From Patescibacteria group bacterium (lineage in GTDB: Bacteria > Patescibacteriota > Minisyncoccia > Phycocordibacterales > UBA918): a stretch of DNA of 64,000 bases. Each line of letters begins with the position of its first letter. Positions within the stretch are counted from its first letter, which is position 1. Below the pieces are notes generated by a model. It was given only the letters and a program-made list of their open reading frames with translations. It did not search any database and was not told where the DNA came from. Location of the stretch: positions 157,844 through 221,843 of the forward strand of contig JBBTRC010000010.1 in NCBI GenBank assembly GCA_038065355.1. The letters are read 5' to 3'. The position numbers were made by a program, and so were the translations under genes. Shown piece after piece: positions 44,716 through 55,268 of the stretch.

Positions 44716-47070
44716 ATGAGCCATGTTCTTGAGAAGTTCCTTCGGGCTACCAACTATCTCTCAGCTGCACAAATTTATCTGCAGGATAATTTTTTGTTGC
44801 AGGAACCTCTTCGAACCGAACACATTAAGCCAAGACTTCTCGGTCACTGGGGCACCTGTCCGGGCATCAATTTCACTTACGCCCACCTCAATCGCGCCAT
44901 CATTGCGCATGACCTCGAGATGCTGTTTGTGCTCGGGCCCGGTCACGGCTTTCCGGCTGTGCAAGCCAACTTATTCTTAGAAGGAACTCTCTCGAAATAC
45001 GTCCCCAAAGTGCCACACACGACCGAAGGTATCGCCTACCTGACCAAACAGTTTAGTTGGCCATACGGTTTCCCGAGCCACAGCAACCCGGAAGCGCCAG
45101 GGGTGATTCTTGAAGGTGGCGAGCTTGGCTACGCACTTTCTACCGCCTACGGCGCCGCCCTCGACAACCCCAACCTCATCGTCGCGTGTCTTATTGGCGA
45201 CGGAGAAGCCGAAACTGGCCCAACAGCCGCCGCCTGGCATTTAAACAAACTTCTTGATCCTAGTCAGAACGGTGCGGTCTTGCCGATACTGCATCTTAAT
45301 GGCTACAAAATTTCCGGCCCGACTGTTTTTGGCCGCATGAACGACGACGAGCTCACCGCTCTTTTTTATGGCTACGGGTACGAACCGCACATTGTGGACG
45401 CCTACACTGAAGAAGATGTGCATGGTCGGATGATGGCGGTCTTAGACGCGGCGGTCGAGGCTATCCGCTTTACACAACACTGCACCCGCGAGGGCACCCT
45501 CCACGAAACACCCCGCTGGCCGATGATTATTTTGCGCACGCCGAAAGGTTGGCATAGCATCGACTACATTGGTGAGAAAAAAATCGAAGACAATCACTAC
45601 GCCCACCAGGTAATTGCTGACAATGCGAAGCATGACGAAGGCGAGCGCGCGCAACTCGAAGCCTGGCTTCGATCATACAAATTTGAAGAACTCTTTGACG
45701 GTGAAAAATTTGACGCTGACATTCAGTCACTGATACCGCGAGAGGGACATAAAATGGGTGATAGCCGTCACGCGTTTGGCGGTGATCCTGTCTACCACCC
45801 GCTCACGCTTCCGCCACTTGAAAATTATTGTAGTACCAGTACGTGCGACCTTACCGATGCTATTTGCGGCACCGAGAGCGGCATGGAGAAAATCGGCGCG
45901 TACTTGCGGGACACCATGAGGGCGAATGAAGCACACCGCAACCTCCGCCTCATGTCACCTGACGAAACGTACTCCAACAAGTTGCAGGCAGTCTTTGAAC
46001 ACACCAAACGCGCGTTCGTCTGGCCGCACAAACCTTGGGATAAAGATTTGGCTTGGGATGGTCGAGTGCTGGAAATACTATCTGAACACAGTCTCCAAGG
46101 TCTCTTGCAAGGCTATGTGCTGACCGGCCGACACGGCGTATTTGTGTCGTACGAAGCCTTTATACAAATTGTAGCCAGCATGACCGATCAGTACGCCAAA
46201 TTTTTGAAAATTGCCCGCGATGTAAAGTGGCGCGGCACCATCGCCTCGCTCAACTACATCCTCACCTCAACTGGTTGGCGTCAGGAACACAACGGTTTTT
46301 CACATCAAAATCCCGGTTTTATCGACGGCATTTTGCAGCGGCAGGGCTGCTTCACCAACGTGTATTTTCCGGCTGATGCCAACACCGCGCTGGTGGCCTT
46401 CAAACGCATGCTGTTATCCACCAAAGAAATCAATGTCATGGTCGCTGAGAAGCGAGCGTTGCCGGTCTGGCGCACTCTCGCTGAAGCGCGAAAGGACGTC
46501 GAGGACGGCGTGTCAATTTGGGAGTTTGCCAGCGACGAGGATCCCCAAGTGGTATTTGCGGCGGCGGGCGACTATCCGACACAGGAAGCGCTGGCCGCTA
46601 TCAGTCTGGTGCGCAAGTATGCACCGGCTATTCGTCTCCGCTTCGTAAATATCACCTCGCTCTCAGCACTCGGTATCGGACACTCTTCGTGTCGGGTACT
46701 TCGACATGATTTTGTGTACTACTTCACCGAGAAACAACCGGTTATTATAAATTTCCACGGCTACCCACAGACCATCAAGCAGGTTCTTTTTGATTACGCC
46801 GAAGATGCCCGTCGCTTTTCCATTCATGGATATGAGGAAGCCGGCTCCACTACCACACCTTTTGACATGATGGTGCGCAACCGTGTCGATCGCTTCCACC
46901 TGGCGATGGAGGCGTTCACGCGCGCGGCGGAACACGGAGTTATTAAAATGGAGTTGGCCAAAAAATTAGTCGCCGATTTTGAAGCACAGCTGGAAGTGTA
47001 CAAAGCGTACGTCATGGAGCATGGCGATGATCCAAAAGAAATAACCAACTGGATATGGGAACCACGCTAG
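44716..47070 (+). CDS. xfp: xylulose-5-phosphate/fructose-6-phosphate phosphoketolase
   Basis: 784 aa with the phosphoketolase N-terminal signature and TPP-binding region. TAGAAT lies 7 nt upstream of the ATG. Confidence 0.93.
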   Translation: MSHVLEKFLRATNYLSAAQIYLQDNFLLQEPLRTEHIKPRLLGHWGTCPGINFTYAHLNRAIIAHDLEMLFVLGPGHGFPAVQANLFLEGTLSKYVPKVPHTTEGIAYLTKQFSWPYGFPSHSNPEAPGVILEGGELGYALSTAYGAALDNPNLIVACLIGDGEAETGPTAAAWHLNKLLDPSQNGAVLPILHLNGYKISGPTVFGRMNDDELTALFYGYGYEPHIVDAYTEEDVHGRMMAVLDAAVEAIRFTQHCTREGTLHETPRWPMIILRTPKGWHSIDYIGEKKIEDNHYAHQVIADNAKHDEGERAQLEAWLRSYKFEELFDGEKFDADIQSLIPREGHKMGDSRHAFGGDPVYHPLTLPPLENYCSTSTCDLTDAICGTESGMEKIGAYLRDTMRANEAHRNLRLMSPDETYSNKLQAVFEHTKRAFVWPHKPWDKDLAWDGRVLEILSEHSLQGLLQGYVLTGRHGVFVSYEAFIQIVASMTDQYAKFLKIARDVKWRGTIASLNYILTSTGWRQEHNGFSHQNPGFIDGILQRQGCFTNVYFPADANTALVAFKRMLLSTKEINVMVAEKRALPVWRTLAEARKDVEDGVSIWEFASDEDPQVVFAAAGDYPTQEALAAISLVRKYAPAIRLRFVNITSLSALGIGHSSCRVLRHDFVYYFTEKQPVIINFHGYPQTIKQVLFDYAEDARRFSIHGYEEAGSTTTPFDMMVRNRVDRFHLAMEAFTRAAEHGVIKMELAKKLVADFEAQLEVYKAYVMEHGDDPKEITNWIWEPR

Positions 47071-48233
47071 TCATTAATCCAGGCAGTTCGTCGCGCAAGT
47101 ACGCGCTTTTTCACGACCGTAAATCGGTGGTAGAACTCCGCTACGAAGCGACCAACATCGGCTTTGAAATGTGCGCCAGCGGCACGAACAGCCAGCAGGT
47201 TTGCTCAGCTATCAGCCGAGAAGATTTTGCGTCAGCCTTTGATCGAGTGGCCGCAGAAGTAAAAAACTACCTGCAAAAAGACCGACGCCAGCTCGACACC
47301 GTCTGTATTCGTATCGTCGCACCAGGTACGGCCTTTCAAAAACACCAGCGTATCGACGACGCGTACCTCACTGCCTTGCGGCAGAGAGAGTCGGCCGCGC
47401 CGCTCCATATCCCGACCATTCTGCTCGAAATCCAGCGCATCAGAAAACATTTTCCGACCGTCAAAATGGTAGCCGCTTCTGATAGTGCGTTTCACGCCAC
47501 CTTGCCAGAAGTGGCGCGCAATTTCAGTATTGATCGTTCCGATGCTGAAATATTTGATATCTATCGTTTTGGATTTCATGGATTGTCAGTCTCCTCCATC
47601 GTGCGTCGCGTACATGCGACGACCGGCGCCAACCCCGAACGCCTCATCGTCTGCCACATCGGCAACGGAGCCAGTGTCACCGCGGTCAAGGACGGCAAAA
47701 GCGTCGACACCACCATGGGCTTTTCACCAGCGAGCGGTCTGCCGATGGGGAGCCGAGCCGGCGACCTTGACCCTGAGGGGTTGCTCGAACTCATGCGTCT
47801 TAAGAATTTAAAAACCGCTGAAACTGAAGTGTACCTAAATACGCGCGGCGGACTCCAAGGACTGTCTGGCGATTCAGATATCAGACAATTGCTTGACCGG
47901 CGCACGAAAGGAGACGCCGTCGCGACGGGTGCGCTGGATCACTTTGCGTACCACGTACAAAAGGCCATCGCCTCGTTCACGGTGGCGCTCGGCGGACTCG
48001 ACATGGTGGTGTTGACTGGTACGGCCGCCGTTCGGAGTTCGGAGCTCCGCGCACTTCTTTTGGGGAAACTCGCACACCTTGGCATTGTGATTGACGAGGA
48101 TAAAAATCACGCCTTGGTAGGACAGGATGGAACGTGCAGCGTGCACAAATCCTCCGTGAAAGTGGTGGTGATGCGAACCGATGAAATGGGTGAAATGGCG
48201 GCCATCGTCGACTGCCTTAATCTCTCCAGCTAG
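47055..48233 (+). CDS. ackA: acetate kinase
   Basis: 392 aa (LVINPGSSSRKYALF...). It overlaps the xfp stop by 16 nt. Confidence 0.9.
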   Translation: MGTTLVINPGSSSRKYALFHDRKSVVELRYEATNIGFEMCASGTNSQQVCSAISREDFASAFDRVAAEVKNYLQKDRRQLDTVCIRIVAPGTAFQKHQRIDDAYLTALRQRESAAPLHIPTILLEIQRIRKHFPTVKMVAASDSAFHATLPEVARNFSIDRSDAEIFDIYRFGFHGLSVSSIVRRVHATTGANPERLIVCHIGNGASVTAVKDGKSVDTTMGFSPASGLPMGSRAGDLDPEGLLELMRLKNLKTAETEVYLNTRGGLQGLSGDSDIRQLLDRRTKGDAVATGALDHFAYHVQKAIASFTVALGGLDMVVLTGTAAVRSSELRALLLGKLAHLGIVIDEDKNHALVGQDGTCSVHKSSVKVVVMRTDEMGEMAAIVDCLNLSS

Positions 48234-48241
48234 GTATCAGT

Positions 48242-49561
48242 ATGAAAAAACGCCCGAGAACACCGTCGAACTACGTGCCGCTTGTGCTGTCTGTGTTGGC
48301 GTTCACGTTGGTGCTCGCCGCACTCATTGCCGTCTTGATAGTAGTTGATAAGGAAACGGTCAATTTTGAATTATTTTTCCTCACTTTCGCTGGCGTTGCG
48401 AGCCTTCTTTTGGCGCGCATTGTGTACGACAAAACGTCGTTTCGTGATCGGGCAGCACGATTGGAGAAAGAAGAGGAGACCAAGGATACGTCAACCACAA
48501 AAAATATGTACACCGAGCTGTATCTCAACAGCCCAGTGCCGTATCTTATTATCGATCGGGACGGCTCGGTAGAATCAAGCAACGTCGCGGCTTTGCGGCT
48601 TTTTGGACTCACCCAAGAGAGCATCAAAGGAATTAATATTTTTACCAAACTGAGGAGCGGCGAGCCAAATCATTTGGATTTGGTGATTGAAAAGTTCCGC
48701 AGTGGCATTTCGACCAGTGACGAAATGGTCACGGTCAAACGGCCCGACAAAGCCGAGGCCTCCGCACTTTTGTCCCTCTACCGTATCGCGACTCTGCCAG
48801 TACAGCACCTCGGATTTCTTACGCTGGTTGACATCACGAAGCAAAAACAAGCCGAAGATGCGAAATCTCAGTTTGTGTCACTGGCTTCGCACCAACTCCG
48901 AACGCCAATCGCGGGCATGAAGTGGAGCGCGGAACTTCTTGAGATGGACACCTCCGCCACCCTCTCAACGACACAGCAAAAATATCTTGACCGCCTGCTC
49001 ATAAGCATTCAGCGCATGGCTGTGTTGGTCGACGACTTCTTGCGCGTGTCTCGCTTTGAACTCGGTAACTTCACACCTGAATACGCCAACGTCTCCCTGC
49101 TTCAATTACTGAAGGACACTATGGCTGAAGTAGCGCCGCGAGTAGCGCAAAAAAGAATCATTGTAAAAACTTTTTTTGATACAGATATTGACGACATCGT
49201 GACCGACCAAAACTTACTGCGCATGATTGTGTCCAATCTCTACACCAACGCCGTGAAGTACACCCGTGAGCGAGGAAGTATCCATGTCGGGTATGGACGA
49301 AAGGACGGTGACCTCATTATTTCAATCGCTGACAACGGCATGGGCATTCCAGTTGCAGATCAGGATAGGGTATTCAGTAAACTCTATCGAGCGTCGAATG
49401 CCGTCAGGGACGTACCGGATGGTACCGGACTCGGCCTCTACATTGTCAAACAAGCAGTTAAGGTGCTCGATGGCAACGTGACGTTTTCAAGCGTGGAAGG
49501 CGTCGGCACGACGTTTGAAGTGGTCCTGCCGTACGGAGTTGCACAAAAAAACAAATCCTAG
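48242..49561 (+). CDS. sensor histidine kinase (TM, PAS-like, HisKA, HATPase_c)
   Basis: 439 aa with the H-box SLASHQLRTPIAG, and N and G boxes in the C-terminus. Confidence 0.85.
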   Translation: MKKRPRTPSNYVPLVLSVLAFTLVLAALIAVLIVVDKETVNFELFFLTFAGVASLLLARIVYDKTSFRDRAARLEKEEETKDTSTTKNMYTELYLNSPVPYLIIDRDGSVESSNVAALRLFGLTQESIKGINIFTKLRSGEPNHLDLVIEKFRSGISTSDEMVTVKRPDKAEASALLSLYRIATLPVQHLGFLTLVDITKQKQAEDAKSQFVSLASHQLRTPIAGMKWSAELLEMDTSATLSTTQQKYLDRLLISIQRMAVLVDDFLRVSRFELGNFTPEYANVSLLQLLKDTMAEVAPRVAQKRIIVKTFFDTDIDDIVTDQNLLRMIVSNLYTNAVKYTRERGSIHVGYGRKDGDLIISIADNGMGIPVADQDRVFSKLYRASNAVRDVPDGTGLGLYIVKQAVKVLDGNVTFSSVEGVGTTFEVVLPYGVAQKNKS

Positions 49562-49929
49562 CTCGCGAGTTTTTTATTTATATACTCGGCCAGTTTCTTG
49601 ATGCTCCAGTTTGGCTTGAACAGCACGTCCTCCGGCGGCAGACTCACATTTTTTGAAATGTTCTCGATCGATTCAGAAGCGGTCAAAATGACGATGTGCG
49701 CTGTTTTGCCCCAGCTATCCCGACGAATTTGACGAAATACCTCGTACCCGTCGATATCCGGTAGTCGGATGTCGAGCAGAATCAAATCCGGGTGCGTTTT
49801 CAGCGCCTGCTTCACTCCCTCACGTCCGTTTGGTGCGATGATCGGCGTGTGGCCGTTCATCGCGAGCATGTCTTCGAGTGAGGCAGACAGTTCCGGCGAG
49901 TCTTCAATGACCATCACCACATGTTTCTT
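49558..49929 (-). CDS. single-domain response regulator (receiver only)
   Basis: The start is taken at MKKHVVMVIEDSP. CheY-like, with the phospho-acceptor Asp in LILLDIRLPD. Its end overlaps the convergent HK gene by 4 nt. Confidence 0.8.
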   Translation of the reverse strand, partial: KKHVVMVIEDSPELSASLEDMLAMNGHTPIIAPNGREGVKQALKTHPDLILLDIRLPDIDGYEVFRQIRRDSWGKTAHIVILTASESIENISKNVSLPPEDVLFKPNWSIKKLAEYINKKLAS

Positions 49930-50072
49930 CATATATTTGTATGATAACGCACGACGACTCAAATTTCGAGTCGTCAAGGTGCAAAGTGAAAAATATGCAA
50001 TAAGGGGATGCGCGTCATAAAGTTGGTCGGAATGGCATGTAAGAGTTTCAAGCAGTTCCCGTCTATACCCGT

Positions 50073-50690
50073 ATGAGTAACACGAAGCGTGTTTTGTTGA
50101 TACTCACAGTCATCGCGGTGGCTGTGGGTACCTTTTTAATTATCAGATCGTGGTTCTTTAGTCAGTCCAAAGTGGTTGGAGTAACGGAATCCATTTCACA
50201 CCCGGAACTCTATCTTTCCTTCACCTATCCAAGCGGAGAAGAAGCCTACAGTCTCATTGAACGACCAGGCACTTCCGAATCGCTCACGCATGCCTTCATC
50301 ATTATGAAAACCGATGAGTACATAGCACTACAAGCAAACCAAAACGAAGGAGATGCTCCGCCGGCGATCAGTATTTTTGTTTTTCCTGAAGCTGAACCAG
50401 AAGACGTCCCAAGCACCACCGAGCGGGCCGGGCGCATTACTCGTCTCCAAAATTGGGCCACTGACAACAAAAACCTTACCTCAATTCACCTTGCCAAAAA
50501 TACTCCAGAGGTGGTCGAGCTCGATGGCGTCAAAAGTCTCTACTACCAAGCCGACGGTAACTTTGCGCAAGAGGTCTACCTGGTAAGCTACCACAACAAC
50601 ATCTACATGTTTGTCGGACAGTCACAAAAACCAACCGACCAAATTACCACTGTCTTTAAAGACCTCATCGCTTCAGTCTCGTTTGACTAG
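50073..50690 (+). CDS. hypothetical membrane-anchored/secreted protein
   Basis: 205 aa with an N-terminal TM anchor. Confidence 0.5.
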   Translation: MSNTKRVLLILTVIAVAVGTFLIIRSWFFSQSKVVGVTESISHPELYLSFTYPSGEEAYSLIERPGTSESLTHAFIIMKTDEYIALQANQNEGDAPPAISIFVFPEAEPEDVPSTTERAGRITRLQNWATDNKNLTSIHLAKNTPEVVELDGVKSLYYQADGNFAQEVYLVSYHNNIYMFVGQSQKPTDQITTVFKDLIASVSFD

Positions 50691-50809
50691 TGCTTGAGAA
50701 ACCTGCACTCGGCACGGCTTTCACCCGGCGCGGCTTTGTGCACACAGATCACTACGCTTACGAGCCAAACATGACATCATTATGGGTATAGTCAGTAACC
50801 ACAAGAGTC

Positions 50810-52528
50810 ATGTCATTCATATTGATTGTCGTTCTGTTCATCTATGCTGCCAGTCTTGGTGGTCGGATCAGCAAACTTGAGAAACTGCTTGAAAAAAATC
50901 CGAACCAATCTCCCGCCACTTCATCCGTAGCGTCCATGTCTATTTCCGAGCAAGTCTCAGCTACTGTGCCAACCATGCCTGACTCACCGTCAGCCGCAAA
51001 AGAAGATAAGCTGTGGAAATTCATCAGCGAGGATTTTTTAGTAAAGTTGGGAGCACTCTTGCTCGTACTAGCCTTTGGCTGGGTTGTGAGCTACGCTTTC
51101 GCGCACAACTGGATAGGGCCGGTCGGTCGTATCGTGCTCGGAATTGCGGCTGGTATGGCAACGATGACCTTTGCCACAGTGTGGCTTCGCACACATTTTC
51201 ACCAGGGAGGAATCTTCATGGTACTGGGACTCTCTATTTTTAACCTTACGCTGTTTGCGGCGCGGTTTTTATATGGATTTCTGTCTCCAGAAATTGCATT
51301 AGGGCTTATGTATCTTGCAGCTGTCTACGTTACCTTGCTAGCGGTATTTTATCGTAGTCAGCGTCTCGTGCTAGCGAGCTTGTTTTTTGCCGGTGTCGCA
51401 CCCCTTTTGACAGCTGGTGAGCCGGACTTCTTGGGACTCTTTTCGTACCTGATCGTACTAGTTTTGAGCTTCTTGTGGGTCGTATACGTGCGGGGGTGGC
51501 ACGCTATTGCCTTTGCGTCGCTAGTGGTTGTGGCTCTCTATAGCGTGCCCTACGTGCTTGCTCCAGCAAGTCTACCAAGCCCGTTTACAGGTTTACTTTT
51601 TGCTTTTCTCTTCACTGCGATTTTTACGCTCTTTAACAGCGTCAGTATTTTGCGTGCTCAATCACAGGTTCTCTATGAACACATCGTCACTGGCTTGAGT
51701 GCAGCTATGTTTGTGCTCTTATGGATTCTCCAAGTTGCGGCAACAAACCACCAAGTAGCTTATTTAGTTATTTGGTCCATCTTCTTCTTTGCCTTAGCGT
51801 TTGTATTTTTGTTTGTATTCAAGCATCGAAGCGCTTTCTATCTTCAAAGTGGTGTTGCAATCATTTTGCTGTTTGCGGCAACCGCCCTCAAATTAGATGG
51901 TCCAGTGCTCACCCTTGCCTATACAGTTGAGACCGGCATTCTCGTGCTCTTCTCGTATGCGCTCTTGCGCGATGTGGTAGTGACACGAAGGTTAAGTTGG
52001 TTATTTATTGGTCCAGTGCTCCTCTCGTTTGAAAGTATCGTATCAGCAGCGTGGCAGGACGGTTTTTTGCACGAAGACTTCTTTATTTTACTCGTTCTTA
52101 CTGTCACCCTGGGTGGAGTCGGCTTACTATTTAGACAATTACACCAAGCAACACCCGACAACAAACTTTCGGAAACCATAAAAACAATTCTATACACTGC
52201 CGGTACATATGCCCTTATGCTTCTATGGCTAACGCTCCATGCTGCGCTTGCTTCGGAAGATACTGCGACAACAATTGCGCTCATCATCTACACGATTTGT
52301 GGACTCGCCGCCTATATACATGGTCGCACCAATCACATCAAGCACTTTGAGTACGCAGGAATACTATTACTTACACTCGTCGTTGGGCGACTACTCATTA
52401 TCGACATCTGGAAAATGGAGCTCTTTGAACGCATCGTTACATTCTTCTTGATCGGAGCGTTGCTTATAAGTACGGCATTTTACGGTCGCACGCGTCAGTT
52501 ACTCGACGCTCAAAAGCCATCAGTATAA
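50810..52528 (+). CDS. large polytopic membrane protein (>=12 TM), possibly DUF2339-like
   Basis: 572 aa with a short N-terminal coiled segment, then hydrophobic throughout. Confidence 0.5.
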   Translation: MSFILIVVLFIYAASLGGRISKLEKLLEKNPNQSPATSSVASMSISEQVSATVPTMPDSPSAAKEDKLWKFISEDFLVKLGALLLVLAFGWVVSYAFAHNWIGPVGRIVLGIAAGMATMTFATVWLRTHFHQGGIFMVLGLSIFNLTLFAARFLYGFLSPEIALGLMYLAAVYVTLLAVFYRSQRLVLASLFFAGVAPLLTAGEPDFLGLFSYLIVLVLSFLWVVYVRGWHAIAFASLVVVALYSVPYVLAPASLPSPFTGLLFAFLFTAIFTLFNSVSILRAQSQVLYEHIVTGLSAAMFVLLWILQVAATNHQVAYLVIWSIFFFALAFVFLFVFKHRSAFYLQSGVAIILLFAATALKLDGPVLTLAYTVETGILVLFSYALLRDVVVTRRLSWLFIGPVLLSFESIVSAAWQDGFLHEDFFILLVLTVTLGGVGLLFRQLHQATPDNKLSETIKTILYTAGTYALMLLWLTLHAALASEDTATTIALIIYTICGLAAYIHGRTNHIKHFEYAGILLLTLVVGRLLIIDIWKMELFERIVTFFLIGALLISTAFYGRTRQLLDAQKPSV

Positions 52529-53980
52529 GTCTGTTCGTGTAATAAAAAGCGGCTCTGCACGCGCGGCTGTTTCGAGGCAGGTGGTTTTAAAATCCTGTGC
52601 CAGTGTTTCGCACATAGCGACGGTGTCGGTGTACGAGCCGATCTGGTTGAGGTACATGCCGACAGCACCATTTTGGCAGGACACGCTGTCTTGACGAAGA
52701 TTTTGTGAGCTACAGAGCGCAAATACCAACGCGGGTGTATGCATATTGCGTTTCATTGTTTCGGAACCAATGCCAGAGAGACAGCTTGATTTAAATTTTC
52801 CCGCCTGGCTACACAAAGAAAACATGTCCCCAAAAGACACTTTCGCGGTTTGCGAAAGGTAGGTCGGTACATAGGTGTAACACTCACCTTGTGCGATAGA
52901 ACGCGAGTTGCATACCGAAAACGGATTGTCTGGATCAACCGCTCCTTTTTCATTGGCTAAAATTTCCTGGTTGAACACTTCCATGTAGGCACCATTCTGG
53001 CAACTTTCCGCGCCGCTACCGACAAACCCCTCGGCGCAAAGAGCGAGGGAGGCGTCAAGGTTGCCGCCAGTAAAATACATGAAGCCGTGACCGACCCCGT
53101 GGTGGCACTGCCACAAGTCAAACAATCGACTGCCAAGCGATGCGTACGCGCGACACTCGGCCGCCAAGTCTTTTAATGGTTCATCTCCGGACGCGAAGTG
53201 GCTTTCAAAAAGTCCGTGAATGTAGCCCGAGTTGCAAAAGTCGCTTTGAAACGCAATCGCGTCGCCAAAACTGCCATATTTTGCATATGCCGCCTTACCA
53301 ATGTCGTGCAGAATGTCGTGACATAGCGCCGCCACTTGGTCGGCTGTGTCTGATTCTGCGCGTAGTGTTTCTATGGCCACTCGAGGGTTGGACTCTTGCA
53401 CCAGCGAGACATACTTATCACGAAGCTTTTCGTACGCGTCGGTCGCAACGCTACCAGTAAGCAGGTCATTTCCGCTTTCTTCGTTTTTTGCGAACCAGTC
53501 ACTAAGCGTGTCGACTGCTTTTCGCCACCAACTTTGCAGAGAATGAAAGATGTTAGCACTCGATTTTTCTTCACCACTCACGGTCACTGTGCCGACAAAC
53601 TGCGGCCAAAAGTGATCGTGAAAAGGGAACACCCCGTTTTTTGTAAACGTAAAAGACCAAGTCGAGCCGGGCGTGATACCGTCGCACGCGTCAAAAGTGG
53701 GAGCATGGTCAGAATCGCAATGTTCCTCAAGGCCGGTGCCGTCGTAGAGAGTGTGGCTGGGGTGATGGTCAGTGGCTGGCCAGAATTCACTTTTCCCGAC
53801 GTTTTCAAATTGCACGGTGGTGCCGGGCGGAACGGTTATCTCACTTTGACGATACCCAGATTCGTCAATATGGATAATAATCGTCGATGAGTTCGTACTC
53901 TCATGGGCGAGGGCGAGATTGGTCACCGACAGGCCGACTAGCAAAAGGAGAAACGTAGTGAAGTTGGCCATGGTCGTCAC
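52520..53980 (-). CDS. secreted Cys-rich protein with an N-terminal cupredoxin-like beta-sandwich
   Basis: 486 aa with a signal peptide, a His/Cys cluster (WPATDHHPSH...HCDSDH) and many paired Cys downstream. Confidence 0.45.
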   Translation of the reverse strand: MTTMANFTTFLLLLVGLSVTNLALAHESTNSSTIIIHIDESGYRQSEITVPPGTTVQFENVGKSEFWPATDHHPSHTLYDGTGLEEHCDSDHAPTFDACDGITPGSTWSFTFTKNGVFPFHDHFWPQFVGTVTVSGEEKSSANIFHSLQSWWRKAVDTLSDWFAKNEESGNDLLTGSVATDAYEKLRDKYVSLVQESNPRVAIETLRAESDTADQVAALCHDILHDIGKAAYAKYGSFGDAIAFQSDFCNSGYIHGLFESHFASGDEPLKDLAAECRAYASLGSRLFDLWQCHHGVGHGFMYFTGGNLDASLALCAEGFVGSGAESCQNGAYMEVFNQEILANEKGAVDPDNPFSVCNSRSIAQGECYTYVPTYLSQTAKVSFGDMFSLCSQAGKFKSSCLSGIGSETMKRNMHTPALVFALCSSQNLRQDSVSCQNGAVGMYLNQIGSYTDTVAMCETLAQDFKTTCLETAARAEPLFITRTDLY

Positions 53981-54038
53981 TATTGTACCAAAACATCTTT
54001 CATTGTTGTCTCATCAGAAAAGAGTATGATAAGACTGT

Positions 54039-54491
54039 ATGTGGCCAAAGAAGGACAAGCCAAAAATCCTCATCGTTGAAGACAACGAAAGTAACCATCC
54101 GCTCTTTAGAGAATCCTTCGAGCAGGCTGGTTTTGACGTCATCATTTCGCAAAATGCCGACGGAGAATTTGCCGAAGACGTAGCCGCGCTCAAGCCCGAC
54201 ATTATTTCGATGGACATCATGATTGGAAAATTAGGTGTTGCCATACAACGGGATGGTCTACAGACCATTCAGCTATTGAAAAGTCGCAAAGAGACAAAAC
54301 ACATTCCGATTATCGTGATGAGCAGTTTGTATGAAGAAGGGAAGGTGCGGCAGGCGAAGGCACTCGGTGCCGCCGACTTTGTCAATCTACAAGGACACGC
54401 GATTACCAGAGTACCCGACATATTCAAAAAGTACTTAACACATCCCGACCAGTACCACCCCACCCATCCGATTTTTAGGGAAATGAAATAA
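54039..54491 (+). CDS. single-domain response regulator (receiver only)
   Basis: CheY-like (ILIVEDNESN...IISMDIMIG). TATGAT lies 8 nt upstream of the ATG. Confidence 0.75.
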   Translation: MWPKKDKPKILIVEDNESNHPLFRESFEQAGFDVIISQNADGEFAEDVAALKPDIISMDIMIGKLGVAIQRDGLQTIQLLKSRKETKHIPIIVMSSLYEEGKVRQAKALGAADFVNLQGHAITRVPDIFKKYLTHPDQYHPTHPIFREMK

Positions 54492-54730
54492 AAACGAACA
54501 CCCTATCATGTTTGGTATTGGGGGAATTTCTCTTGTTCGCTCACTCCTTTGATTTACTTCATGTTTCTCTCACGAATGAGGGTTATATTGGAGATGGGTC
54601 TTTGGCAAGGTCGTCGTATTCAGTCGTGCCGTCGAATCGGTTTCGATGGCTGCTGTACAGTTATACCACTCGACATTTACCACTGCGTTGCAATAATTAG
54701 ATAGAACTTATACGTTAATGCAAAAGCATT

Positions 54731-55168
54731 ATGAAATTGTTTTATTTTTCACCGGCGTACGAAAACTGGGCGCCAACTGTCGTGCGCATATTTTTTGGAT
54801 TCCTCTTTTTGATGAGTGCGTACTATAAAATTCCCGGCACCGCGACTTTTTCGGCGCAAGTCGAAATGTCTGGCGCTGTTGGCATCCCGCTCCCATTCAT
54901 TGCAGTCATTCTTGCCTTCATTCTTGAAATAGTAGCCGGCGTTGCCCTTATTATTGGCTGGCACACTCGCACAGCGGCCATCGTGCTCGCCGCCTTTGTG
55001 GTCCTTATTATCCTTTTCTTCTACCGAGACTGGACCGATCAGGCAAATTTCGCATCTTTCATGAGCGGCCTCGCTGAAGCGGCCGGACTTATCTACATTT
55101 CAGTCTATGGAGCGCAACACGCCGCTGTCGCCAAAGACCAACCCCCGCACCACTTGCAGCGGGTTTAG
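54731..55168 (+). CDS. DoxX-family membrane protein
   Basis: 145 aa with 4 TM and a DoxX-like N-terminus (RIFFGFLFLMSAYYKI). Confidence 0.65.
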   Translation: MKLFYFSPAYENWAPTVVRIFFGFLFLMSAYYKIPGTATFSAQVEMSGAVGIPLPFIAVILAFILEIVAGVALIIGWHTRTAAIVLAAFVVLIILFFYRDWTDQANFASFMSGLAEAAGLIYISVYGAQHAAVAKDQPPHHLQRV

Positions 55169-55192
55169 CTCTTGCCCCCACCCGCCCCATAC

Positions 55193-55217
55193 AAAAACTC
55201 CCGCAAGGGAGTTTTTT
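55193..55217. terminator. bidirectional terminator at the left boundary of the AT-rich island
   Basis: aaaaactcccgc aa gggagttttttg. Confidence 0.7.
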
Positions 55218-55268
55218 GTGTGTCGAGATTTTAGCTCGAAGTTAAAATTCACCTGATCAATATCTAAT

